DNA of 64,000 bases. Source: Raillietiella orientalis. Taxonomy: Eukaryota. The position numbers and the translations under genes were made by a program. Under the pieces are notes generated by a model, which was not told where the DNA came from, made no database searches, and saw only the letters and a program-made list of their open reading frames with translations. Every line of letters begins with the position of its first letter. Position 1 is the first letter of the stretch. This document shows positions 12,571 to 24,952 of this stretch, piece after piece. Location: NCBI GenBank assembly GCA_036172245.1, contig JAYWIR010000003.1, forward strand, positions 2,418,001 to 2,482,000, read 5' to 3'.

Positions 12571-15500
12571 TGCTTGTCAGCTGTTTTGAGGACCCCTGTA
12601 ATCTCTGCCTAGCCCCATCGCCTACGAGCCACGAGGAACGCGCGAAGGGTGTGCATCTTCAAATAATTCGCCCATAATCTTCGTCATCATCCCCGTCTTA
12701 ATTTCTGTTTCAAGATTCCGAGTGGTGAGACCCGGCTCCTCGGCATTGAGCAGACAATTACTGAGACATTATGCCAACATGATGACATGCTAGCACGATC
12801 GCGATGGCTGCCCACCATTATGGATGGTTGCCTAGCAATCAGGAAGCGTGTCCACGGCTAGCGAGGGCAGGCCGCTGCGTTCCTTTCTCACGACGCCCAT
12901 GCAACGGTTGCGCGTGCTCGTAACTCCGCTGGTCTTCGGCGACTGCTCGAGAAGCGTATATCCGAGTTGGGCGAGGCGCCGCGTTGCTGAGGTGGGAGGG
13001 AAAGCGGTGGCGCCTGGGAACACCCCGGCGACGGCGAGCCGCGCCGCTCCGCACGATCTTGGCCGCGGACTTCGTCCATAGCATGCGAACCTCTACGCTC
13101 TGGGCACGGTCGCTGAGCCCCGCGGCCTCCGGACCGACCCATCCCAGCTATCCAAGGCCGAAGCCCTCCGAGCCGGTCTTCTCTTCATGGCAGGGGAGGT
13201 GCGGCGTCCACGGGACCAGCCAGGGCCAAGTCTTTCCGGGATGCGGAGGCAATTCCCCGCTCCTACCAGGGAAGCAGGAATGACTACCAAATTGTTTGGA
13301 ACTGCTAATTGAGCTCAAATGAGTCCATCCATTCTGAGCCGCCCGTCTCCCAGTCTGCTCCCGCGCAGGTTCTCCTTCTCCAAACGACATTCAGAAGGAA
13401 GGTGGGGCGGGGGGAGGGTTTAATGATTTGGATTTTTCCCGAAGAAGGAAAAACAAAAAAAAGAGGAAAAAAAAAAAAGAGGAAGAGAGGAAGAGGAGGA
13501 GGAGGAAGGAAGGAAAAAAAAATTCAGCGTCCGCTCCTCTGTCGCGATTACTTTTTGAGAAAGCAGGAGATAGATAAATTTCTCAGAATCTTGATTTGAT
13601 GAAAACTTTTCTGGCACATCGTTGGGCATTGATGCAGCAGAAACTCATTTGTAACCATGACGTTTCCTTGAGCCGGTTCCAACCAATCCCTGGCTGCAGG
13701 GAGCTCCAGGGAGCATTACGTCCGCTCGCGAAGGACGGGGGAAAAGGGGAAGGGGGGGAGGGAAGAACCCGGACTTTTAACTCGATTTTCGGGAGACGGC
13801 GATGCCCGCGCGGATACCGCTCGCGCTCCCTGCGAAATTCGGAGTCTCGATTCGACTTCCACCTCCCCACCCCATCCTTGGACCGGGGAAGGGTGGAGAG
13901 CAGTGGTCTCGCGGTCCCCTGAGAAAGAGCTCGGGATGGCTCCGTGGGAAGTTCGGCCGCGAGCGCGCCTTTGGTCCGCCTTCGCTCTGGGACCGCGAGC
14001 GGTCCAACTGACCGCTCTCCGGAGTGAGAAACCAAAGGAAGAGAGAGAGACAGATGGGAAGAAGGGAGGACGCACAGGAAGAGGGCGCTCTCTGGTGCTC
14101 CGTTTGTCTCTGGCCTTTCGAGGACGAGGAGGGAGACACGCGTTCCACGAGTTCGGCGCGCGCCGCACGCATCCTCGCGGGAGACGTCATGAACGCTCCC
14201 TCTGCCTCGCTCTTCCAGGGACGAAAGCGGCCGTGCCCACGGGCGTGCACGGTCTTGCTCCCTCGGGGCAGCCGGCAAATCGATTCTCTCGACCGGGCGC
14301 GTGCGGTAGCCGCGTCTGTCCCCCGGGCGACGAGCAGAAGGGGGCGCCGTCGCGTTCTTCATTCCAGCCACCGCCCCGCGAGCAGCATCCGCCGTTTCCT
14401 TCGGAAGCCTCCTCGTCTGGCGTCACGGGTTGCCGGGCAAGAGGCGGCTGGTTCCGGGCTCCGCTCCCAGCCGCTTGCTTGCCGCCCACCTCTCCTCTCC
14501 CTTCCCAGCCCGCCTTCCTCCGCCGCCGGAGCAAGGGAAAGCGATAGGATGGCTAGCGCGCGGAGGCTGGGAAGTTCCTCCCGAAAGATTTGTATCTTCC
14601 CGACAAACCCGGAAACTGTGATCCTTTTCTTCGGGATCGATCCCTCATACGTGTGCGTTCTAAAGTTTCCTTTGCGGACTGCCATCCATCATCGCGTTCC
14701 CTAGCGACCAGAAGTTTTACACGTCACTCGTTTTTGTAGTGTAAGAAATCGATCCTCGTAGTACGCGCGGGTCGTGGCTTCTTGGCGATCCTGGTGCGCG
14801 ACTCTGGCGCCTCGCGCCTGTACGAGTACGTCAGGGAAGGTGCACCTAGGCCGGGACGGACAGACGGTTGACCTTCAGTGAACTCGGGAGTGAGTGAATT
14901 TTACTCCCCGCCCGCAAGCAAGCGCGCGGTAGCCGCGTCTCCGGAAACAGGGAAAACGGGGAACCCTTGGCACGCTAGATGATTGGGTGTCGTCAGGGTG
15001 GCGAGGGGAAGAGCGGACGGGAGAGGGCGGGAGAGGGCGCGCGCGGGCACGCGCTTCCCGCGATGGGCGCCGTCAGCGGGACGCGCGCGCAGCGATCGGC
15101 CTTCCGGCGTCCGCTCCGGAGTCTCGGTTTTTTTTTTTCCTCCTTTTTCACTCTCTCCAAGGGGAGTCGCACCTCCTTCCCTCCTTCCCCCTTTTCCGGG
15201 GGACCACCGGAAGCTCTGGCGCTCTGTCGCGAGGACGCGCTCGCAGAAACGTGGCGGCGGAGGCGCTGCAGTCGCCCGGACAAGCGGAGAGCGGCGCGGA
15301 AGCTTCTCCAAGAGAATTGGTATCTTCGTCCGCCGGAGGCGACGGAGGCTTCTCAGAGCTGCTTCCTTGCCCCCCTCCCTGCCCCACACCCATGCAAAAG
15401 CGCGGGTCACGAAAGAGCGCCCGAGCTGCTCTCCCGTCTCCGCGCGCCGGGGCCGGTGCTCATTCAGCGACGGCGGGAAGAGGAGGAGCAGAAAGGCGGT

Positions 15501-18319
15501 TGGGGGGAGGTAGAGCTGGAATCATGGAAACGGGATCGGCGGCTCATGTGGGAGGCGAATGCCGCCCGCTGCGGAGCTGCGCTGATGCGAGACCTATATC
15601 AGCTGCCTGGCGGAGAGGAGACCCGGGCAGCTGCCGCTTCCGGCGGCGCACCAATTGCCCATCACCCCGGTAGAAACCGAGTCTCCCGGAAACAAGTCAC
15701 ATGACGAGCAGGAAAAGTGGACCAGAAATGCGTCCCCTCCACCTCCCTTGATCCTTCTTTTTCTTCAGGAAGCGAATTCCCCTGGGCAGGGGGATGAAGG
15801 GTCGGGACTTCCGCGAGCTGACCGCCTCCCGAGAGACTCGAGAGGACTCCGGATGGAGAACGCGGGCTTCCCGATCGCCTCCCGCCATTCTCAGCGCGGA
15901 GGACCGCGCGAGACGGGGGGAACTCCAAGAGGGGTGCGGCACAACGAGGAGAACCTCCCCCGTTGACTAATCCCTCCTCCTCTTCCTTCGTGGCACCGTC
16001 GGTGGCCATCGGCGCGGCGGGAGCTCCTCGACCGCAACTGCCGCTCGCGTGGCCGGGAGCAGGCAAGCCCGCACGGCTCCGCTTTAAGCGGGAAAACGCG
16101 ACGAAGCCAGCAGAAAAAAGGAAGCGGAAGGTGGACGGGGGATGGGTGAAAAAAAAGATGGGAAAAAAAAAAAAAGAAGAAAAGAAGAAGAAGCGCAGGG
16201 CGGAAGAAGAGGGAAGAAAGGAAGGCGTCGGGAAGGGCGAGGCCGCGGCCCGTGGAGCGGAATACGCCGGTCGGCTAGCGGAAGCGGGACGCAAGACGTT
16301 CTTTCCTCCATTGAAGGCGGCGGCCGCTCTTCAGGGCCTCCATTACCCTCCTCCATTCATGAGATCGCTCCTACTACGTCCATAAACCGTGAGGCGCGCG
16401 TGCCATCCCTCCAAACGGCTCTTAAAGCACCGGCCGCGGCCTCATAAAAATCACCATCCGGCAGGATATATGAGGCAGTTACCGCGACTTAACTGCCTCT
16501 CGGGCAACCGAGCGGCGGCGTCTCGAGTGGCTGTCCGTGGTGGCGGAGGAGGCGGCAGACGCCCTTGCGCGCTGTCCCCGGAAGCCACTCGACCCGTTCG
16601 TCCACCCCCTCCTCCCTCCGCCTTTCCCTCCCTCCCTCGCCCCCCCGTGTGCGTGCGTGCGCGCACGCGCGCGCGTCCTCCCGGCCTCTTCCTGCCTCCC
16701 GCATCGGCATTTAAATGGCCGTTAATTACTCGGAGGAGAGCGGGCGTGCTGATCCTCCAAGGACGTCCACGGATTTCAAGGTCCGACGAGACCCAGCCGG
16801 CGAGGGAAGATGCGCGCGCGCGCGTCGGGCTCGAAGCAGGGAGCGGCGGGAACGGGAAGGAAGGAGGCGCGGGGAATGCGCGGAGACGAAGGAAGAGGAC
16901 AGAGGGAGCTGCTCTCCCCTGTGGTCCCCTGCGCTCCCTTTCCCCACTTCCCGTCGTAGTCCCTCCGTCCACCCCTTTTCTCCTGCGGCGCACGCGGTGA
17001 GCGTGCAGGCCGACGGGTAGGCCGTCCCGCACAATCCGCGCTCGGCGGCGGAGGAACGGAGAAAGCACGCGCGGGGGAGGGAAAAGGGAAACGTCCACCT
17101 GAGAGGGTCTCTGGACCCCGGTGCGCGCGTGTGAGGGAGGCTGAGGGGAGGGGAGAGGCAGCAGGGGGTTTTCTTCCGTTCGCGCTCGGGGAGAGCGGGC
17201 GGTGCGCTGCGGGGCTATCTGTCTGCGCGTCCTCCGAGGGTCCGTATCCCGGCGAGCGGACGCGCGGCCCTGGTTCCCCTCCTGGCGGGAGCGTCCCTAG
17301 GACCGATAGCGCCTCCCGCGAGGCCCCCATGGCCTCCTCTTTCGGTTCCCTTGGCGATCGCTCCGGAGTCGACCATCCCGGATTGGAGCGTAGGACGAAA
17401 GGGCGGGGTTCCCTATGTCCCCCCGGGGCGGTCTCGAGCACTTCCTCCGCGGGATCGGCGCAATGAGCCAGTGGGGGCGGGCGCCGCATCGCATCCGGGA
17501 GGTGCGGTCGCCCCAGCAACAGCCCTGGCGGCGGACCCCGCCAGCTGCTGGTTCCTGCGGGCTCACCGCGACGGGAGCGAAGCAGCGAGGCTGGCGCGAG
17601 GGGGCCTCGGCGGAAGCGCCTCCGCAGGCGGAGGGGCTTCCCGTGGGGGAAAGGGGAGGAGAGACGATCCGGCAGGATGAAGGAGAGTCCCGTGAAAATC
17701 TCATTAAAAGTTCGCCTCCCGCATTCCAATCCCGGAACTCAATCAAAATCTCCTCTCTTCCTGCATCAGGCGGGAGCCTACGGGTTTGATTATCTGAAAT
17801 CCCGAGGGAGCGGAGATGAGAAATGGGAGGAAAGGGAGCTGCCCGGAGCTCCCTCCCTCTCCCGAGCGGGAAAGCCATTCCAGGAATATCGCGCACGTTC
17901 CACTTTTCCGATCCCATTTTAAATTCCGTCGAATTCGTAAGTGAACGGGCGCACCCCCGGGGCCCTGGGGGAACAGCGAGGAGAGGGCCACGGGACGCAC
18001 CCTTGCTCATGGTCCCGAGGGGCCACCCGAGGGCAGGGGATGAAGGGGAGAGAGGCCACTGCGCTACCGGCAAGGGATCTGAGCTGCGGGACGGGCTCTG
18101 CATTGAGATCGCAGCGCCTCAAGCGCCGGCCAGGAACGTGGACCGCAGATCAGGAGAATGGCTAAGGAGCCAAGCAGTGGACTCGTCCGCGCCACCGAAA
18201 CAGCGTCCGCTGGCCATGGCAGAAAGCGGCCCTTCCTTGCGGACTCCGCTACGGAGACAGCGCGGGTAAACCGTGGACGCAAGGTCTCCCTACACGACGT
18301 TCAAAATGCCTCAGGAGAT

Positions 18320-18830
18320 CATGGAGGTGACCGCGCGAGGACGTCGGTGTCGTTGATAGCGGACTCACGTGGATTTGAGGACCGTAAGGAAGGTGGCACA
18401 AGGAGGCTGAGGGAGTGTGGGTCGCAGGCTGTCGAAAGGTCGAAACCCAATCGCATGGAGAGGGTCACGCGAAGGAGGAGGCAAAACATGGACACGTGAA
18501 GGGCGTGTTGCCGTCGTTAACAGCAGCGCCACGTGGATTTGGCAACCATGAGGGAAGTGGCGCAAGGTGCCTATAGGCTCATGAGTCACGCGCGGAGCAA
18601 GATAAGGGTCCATTTGCGTGGAGGGGGTCACGCAAAGAGGGTAATAGAACGTGGACACTGGAAGACGTCGGCGTCGTTGATGGCAGCGCCACGTGGACTT
18701 GGCAACCATGAGGGAAGTGGCACAAGGGGCCTGCAGGTGCATGGGTCACAGGTTGCGCAAGATGGAGGTCCAGTTGCATGGTGGGGGTCACGCAAAGAGG
18801 GTGGCAGGACATGGACGATGTGCAGACCAC
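18320..18830. repeat. Tandem repeat, about 160-bp unit, about 3 diverged copies
   Basis: CACGTGGAYTT anchors at 18366, 18530 and 18690. Shared GGCAACCATGAGGGAAGTGGC (copies 2 and 3) and GGGTCACGC blocks. Confidence 0.85.
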
Positions 18831-21779
18831 ATGGAGGACACCGAAGTTGTCATGGGAAGAGATGTTAGGACGCACCGCGCGTCTATGGCGACGCAGACGG
18901 CTGCCGCGGTCACGTGGCCGTGACCAGAGGCGAGGAACACGAGCGATTCGTCCACTCCTGCGGGCCGGCAAGCATCCATGGGTGGTGTGACCTTCGCATC
19001 AACCCGGGTCCGGGGCCATCCGCTGCTCGCTCGCAGCGCTCGGAAGGGGAATCGACCCGGGTTGCCAGCCGTCCCCTCCGGCGCCGTCGGTCCCTTCGGA
19101 GGGAGCCCGGAGGGGCCGACGCTCGGGGCAGGTGCACCCACCCATCCCCGCAGCGCGTTGGTCCGCTGCCTGCTGCCGGGAGTCCTGCGCGAGAGCTCCG
19201 AGGCGTCACGGGGATGCCCCCCGGGCAGGGTGGGAAACCAAAAAAATAAAGAAAAAAAAAAACAAAAACGAAAAAGGGCGGGATCTTCGGGAAGGATTCC
19301 CGGGAAGCGCGTCGACCTGCTGGGAGCGGCTTCTGGATCGGACGGGCGGCTGCTGAGGGGAAAGAGGGAAGGAAGGGGCAGAAGAACAGGACAGGGTAGA
19401 GAAGGGCAGGAGTGAAGAGGGGAGTGGGAGGGGGGGGGGGAAGATCGATTTTTGGATTTCGGGGAGTCGCGGAAATCCGTCGCCGCCGCCGCCGCCGCTC
19501 CTCCTCCGCTCCGCCTCCTCTCGCGCAGGCGCGGGCGAGCCGGAGGCGAAGAGAGCGGTCCTGGCGCGCGCGCGAATCACAGGCCGCGTTGCCGCCGCCT
19601 CCGCGGTGCTCCGGGCGCCCCCTCTCCCCTTCCCTTCCCCCCAGCGCCCTCCGCCCTTCCCGAATTGTTATTCCTCGCCCGTTCGCAAACAGGCGCTCCC
19701 TCGCAGGTCTCCCGCGCGCGGGGCACGCCATCCGTCATCCTGACAGGGAGGTGGGGAGTCGTGTGATTCACCCCGAATCACGTGACGGGGCGAGCGTGGC
19801 GGAAAACAGGGGGGAGGGGGGGAGGGAAAGAGGGAGGGAGGGAGGGAGGGAGGGGAAGAGCCCGGGAACGCACGCGCGTCTGCCCGTACGCCGCCGCCGC
19901 CGCGCTCGCGCAGGAGGCGGTCGCTTCGCCTGCGCGCGCATGCGCCGCCACCGACCCTGCCGGGGGCCTGCCCGCCTGCAGGCAGGGCCGTGGAGCAGCG
20001 CGCGCGGACGGAGGGGGAGTCCGGCGCTCTCCTTCCCGCGCTGAAAGGTCCTTCCCTCCTCCCCGTCGATTGTTTCGCAGCATCCGAGACAGCGAGGACG
20101 CGGGCGAAGCTGCCTGAGACAGGGCCGCGGCCCCTCCCGCCGTCCTCCGCCAGGAAGCCATAAATCAAAGGGCCAATAACAGCGCGTCGGACAGTCGACG
20201 GCGCGCTTTCCGGTGCGCATCGCCGCCCCCGCCGTGCCCGGCCGGGGCCGGCGGCGGCGGCGATGCGCGCGCGCGCGCTCTCTCCGGCGGGGGAGCGCAA
20301 GGACGGCAGGACGCGCCGAAGGGCCCGCCCACCCTCGCGGCAGGGCGCCGTCCGCGGCGCTATGCGGAACAGGCCCCGGGGAGGACGGACCCGCCCTTCT
20401 AGCCACCACCGCTAGCGTCCTCCCAGAGCAACCGGGAGCTGGCGGAAGGGGGTGGGCGCTCTCCGAGTCGACCGGGCCGCCGCCGCCGCCGCCGCCCGCA
20501 GCGCAAGGGCCTCGCGGAATTCCACGTGACCCTAGGGAGGTGAAGTGAGGTGGCCCTGTTGACGTGGATCAGCGCGCGGACCGCCCAGGAGATCTCCGAG
20601 TAGGGAGGGCCCGAGATAGCTATCTCGAGGGGCTCGGTCGCCTCGCACGAAGGCACGCCCGGGGCGGTTGGCGCTCAAGAAGGCTCACCCGCTGCTTCCG
20701 CGCTTCGCGATGGACCGCTCCGGAGAGTTTCCGGTGCGCTGACTACCGGAACGCGAAGAAAGGAGCACAGCGGTGGCCTCCGAACGCTTCCGCATCCTAA
20801 GGACACGGAGGCTGCATCCGCGCGCATCCTGCCCGCGCAGCCTTCCGGCAGCGTCCTTGAACCGGACCGGTTCGACCGGGAAGATCTTCGGGCCAGTCCG
20901 CGCGCTGCATGCCTGGTACTGCGGTCGGGAGATGAGCTCTCTGTTTGGTCCAGCAGCTGGGGTGGGGTGGGGGGGCAGGGAAGCCTCCGCCTGACTGCCT
21001 CCCTCGCCGCGTCAGAATGGGAAGAGACGCAGCCCTGTCCGGCTTCTGCCTCGGCTGACCCTCTTCCGCTGACCCCGACCGCATCCCACGGGCGGTCAAG
21101 CAAGCGAGCGTCCCTGTACGTTCGGGTTCGCCGCGATAGAGGCGCGCGCGAAGGGACTCCCCAAAAGGAAAAGGAGAGGGGAAGGCGTCCGGGGATCGAC
21201 GCGGGGCGGAGCGCCCCCCATCTGTGACCCTGGCAAACAGCGCGGTATGCGTCAGGAGTTCGCGCGCGGGGAAGACGGGGAGTGGTCGCTCGGCGTCCCC
21301 CGCGGGCGGCAGCCCAACGGGCCCAAGCGGAACGAAGCGAGCAGGGCAATCTGCTCGGGCGGCCGGAAACCAAGGCGACGGTGGAGGCGGAGAGGCTGGG
21401 CGGGAGCAGCAGCGTCCTCATCGAACTCCGCGTGCCTGCCCGATGGCGAAGGAAAAACCCAGAAGACTCCGGGTCGCGTGCGTGCCTGGCAACGTGAGCG
21501 CCTAGGCGACGGCGGCTTCCTGGGAGCGGAGCATACCGGCTCACCGGCAAGGCTCACCCTGGAGCCCTGGACCTTGTGCGCAGGGACAAACGTCTCCAAA
21601 GGGAGCAAGGGATGGGGTGGGGATGAGGGGGTGGAAGAGGGTTGGAAAGGGGGGGTGGCTGCTGAGGGAAGCGACGCGGGTGGTCCCGCGCCGTGGTCGT
21701 TGGGCGATCGTCCGCGGAGTGTAGGAGCGGGATTCGCCGGGATGACATGGTAACAGCATCCCGAGAGCCAATCGATCCG

Positions 21780-21900
21780 CGACCCGTAAATCTCGACGCG
21801 CGCATAGTGATAAATGGCTTCCACACTTTCACGATCATAAAAGAAATCTCTGGACCAATCTCCCGATTGGAACTGATATGCAAATGCCGAATAAATCAAA
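21780..21900. promoter_or_regulatory. Candidate enhancer core (dense Exd-Hox, CCAAT and octamer motifs)
   Basis: AT-rich island in GC-rich DNA with AGATTTACGG (rc), TGATAAATGG, TTTTATGAT (rc), an inverted CCAATC pair, ATGCAAAT and TGATTTAT (rc). Confidence 0.5.
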
Positions 21901-22880
21901 GATTCCTTCGGAAGCAGGAAGCGGAGCGCCGGATGAAGCCCCGAGAGGCGAGATGGGGGGGGAGGAGGCGTCCTTCTCAGCGCCGCCTGCCTTTCCTCCT
22001 CCTTTTCTTCCGGTGCCGGGCGCCGTCGATCTCACCCGGAGGAATCGAAGGTGCGAGTCGCCGCCGCCCCCGCGTCTGTGGCGGAGACAGCAGGCGCCAC
22101 TTGGAGGCAGAGGCCGGCAGAGCAGGGGAACCGACCCCGGAGGATCTCGGCGGGCAGGTGCGATCACTGCCTCCGTCTCTGCGTCCCTGCGCGATGGAGC
22201 ACAGACGGGTGCCTCGCGCGAGCTCCCTCCGAGCCCCGGAAGGCGCATGCGGGAATGGAGGCGGCGGTTCCCCGGGAGGGAGAGAGAGGGCAGGACCGGG
22301 AAGGCGCGGCTCGCGGAAGGGACGGCAGCGCCAGCCCCGAGAGGCGGCGGAGCCGCGAACCGGCCTTCCGCTCGGTCGCGTTTCACGTCCTCGCCCGCTC
22401 CCGCGGCGCGTAAAGGACGAGAAGGGAGGGGGAAGGAGGGACGGGGGGAGGGTGTAGCGAAGGGGAGAGGTGGGTGGTGGACGGAGGTGGCTCGCAGGGA
22501 GGGGGCTGGAAGGGGGAGGAGGCAACGAACGGCGAGGAGGAGGCCCGACGGTCCACGAGGGTGTGAGCGCGCGCAGCTGGGAGGGGATGAGATTTGGGGA
22601 GGGAAAAGGAAAAAGGAAAAAAAAAAAAAAAATCTCGTTGCGGGCGTCCTCGGAGGCGCAGGAGACCCCGAGATTGGAAGAGGAGGAAAAATGGGGGGAA
22701 GATTTATGGCACGTGGGCCTTAAATCCCGACAGCATAATTAATAGCGGCCGCATTGTCCCTTTTGTGCGACAAGAAAAACCGGCATAGCATTATCTTTTC
22801 CTGGCAAAAGGAAGGAAGGGGAGAGGGGAGGGGATAGCAGGCGAGGGGGGGGGGAAGGGAGCTGGGGAGGCAGGCAGGCA

Positions 22881-22924
22881 GGAAGGAAGGAAGGAAGGAA
22901 GGAAGGAAGGAAGGAAGGAAGGAA
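22881..22924. repeat. (GGAA)11 microsatellite
   Basis: Direct reading; preceded by (GGCA)3. Confidence 0.95.
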
Positions 22925-24927
22925 GGTACCCGGATCGCAGGGTGCCAGCATCGCGTCTCCGCGGCAATCCATCTATCCCGGGGAGCCGGAAAGAGAGAAA
23001 GGGAGAGCAGAGGGGGGAGGGAAGGGGGAGGAGGGATCCCGCTCTTCCCCTCCTCCTCCTCCTCTCCCTGCGTTCAGTCCCATCGGTGATCCGGCGAATT
23101 TCGATTTTTTTTTTTTTGTCCGGACACGGCGCTCCCGTCTCGCTCAGACGGGAGCGCACAAAATCCCTTCGAACGCGCTCAGGGACGTCGGAGAGGGAGA
23201 GGAGGGGAGAAGGAGCACTTGGTGGACTGTACACAGCGCTTTGCGTGAGCGCATCACGCGGAGCCGTGGGCTCGTCCAGATGGGAAGATGGCGCTGCTGC
23301 CCCTGCCGTCTCTGACATCTGCCGGCTGACGGGGCACGCGAAAGCGGCAGGAAGAGGAGAGGAGGAAGGGGGGAGTACAAGCGGACCTGGAGAAGAAGGG
23401 AGAGACGGGAGAGGATTGAGCCCACCCCCTTTTTCCTGACATCCGCCCTTCGAAACGTTCGGGAACCCCCTCCAAAGGGGGCGGCACGGCGGAGCGCCTT
23501 CAAGATTTCTGGAGAGGGGGGAGAAAGGGGGAGGAAGAGCCTGGACTGCAGACTGAAGCTTCCTCTTCCGCCGTGAGAGCGTCCTGCGCGCCTTCCCTCC
23601 CTTCCCGTTTCCCCCCCGTCCCGGGAGGTGCCTCTGGAGGAAAGCAGTCGAAGGGCTGCGGGCGCGCTCCTTCGCACCAGAGTCAGGGACGACCTCGCCG
23701 CTCTCCCACCTCGGAACGGGAGCGGGTGGGGCTGCGGGCGCTCCCTGCCCCGCCCTAGGTGAGTTTGCTCCCACCCCACACACCTTTCCCGTTCCTTTCT
23801 CCTGCTCGCTGCAGGCGTCTCGCCTGGCAGACCACCCCCGCTCAAGCCGGATGCCGCGGAGGAGTGGACCGCGCGTTTCGCCCCTGGAGCCCCACCCACT
23901 CCACGCGTCCGCCCGCCACCAAGCGGGTGCCCGGTGCCTTCCCCAGAGTGCACCGAAACGGCCCCCTTCGCCGCCTGCGTGGACGGAATTTCGGGCACCT
24001 CAGAGGCAAAAGAGCCGGGCAGGAGCCAGGCAGATGGCGTCCTCTTCGAGTCGGGAAAGAGGAAGAGGGCTCACTGCCCTACGCACCTTACCCTTTCCTG
24101 ACTCGGGCAGAACGCTTACGCGGCTCCTGGTCGCCTTGGGAGCGCTGGAGGTGTCTCCGCGCCCCTTTGGACGCTCGCGGATTCCTGCCGTGCACTCTTC
24201 CAGATGGGTCACCTGTCCCTCATCCGCCCTCGCAGCCTCTCTCCACTGGTTCCCCGGGCTTCCTGAGGCGTACCACGAACGGCAGCCGCCGGCGGTGGTC
24301 GCCAACTCGCAAGCAGGGGCGTCTCAAACCAAAAAAAGGCAACGGAGGGAGAAAACTGGGAGATGGTCGACCTCTCAAGCGTCTGGGGCAGAGCGCTTCC
24401 CGTGAGGGAGAGTATACGCGGGTGGGACGTCTAGCGGGCTGCAGGGACCACAACTGCGACCACCACCATCCCCACGTGTCGGGAAGAGAACAGCGCGACG
24501 TCGCTCTCCTCCTTTCCCGGCTCCTGCTTCTCCTCTTTCTGCCTGCTCCCCGTTCCCTCCTCTTTCCTCCCGATTCGCTCGGGACACGGAGCAAGCGTAC
24601 ACAGAGACCACGGGCCGCGCGTCCGCGGCTTCTCCTTTTTAGTTGCAAGGACGGAAACCAGATGGTGGTACGTGCCGAGGCTCCATTGTTTCCGCTGCCA
24701 TAGTCGTGACGTCACGGAAAGGAATGATGGGTTGCGAGCGAGCGGCTTTCAGCAAACCGCGAGCCAGGGTTTCGCCCCAGCTCGGCTTCCCAATTTTCCA
24801 GTGGTATCGGGCAAGTGCCAAGCCACACCTTAAAGCTCGCCTCGCCTCCCGGCACCGAAACTTATTCGTCGATTCTTCTTTGAGACTAATTTCCTATGCA
24901 AGAAGAACCTAAACCGACTCGAATTTC

Positions 24928-24952
24928 GTTACCATAGTAACAGGTATAAAAA
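24928..24952 (+). promoter_or_regulatory. RFX X-box-like palindrome followed by TATAAAAA
   Basis: GTTACCATAGTAAC (24928-24941), agg, TATAAAAA (24945-24952). Confidence 0.4.

Noticed and set aside
18960..18980. HPWM hexapeptide-like motif in ORF 18910-19731 as a possible ftz exon
   Set aside because: The surrounding ORF is low-complexity, no donor follows, and no downstream homeobox was found.
21252..21899. 215-aa ORF with an aromatic-rich N-terminus
   Set aside because: Non-ATG start. The protein-like part coincides with an AT-rich motif cluster and the remainder is P/S/A low complexity.
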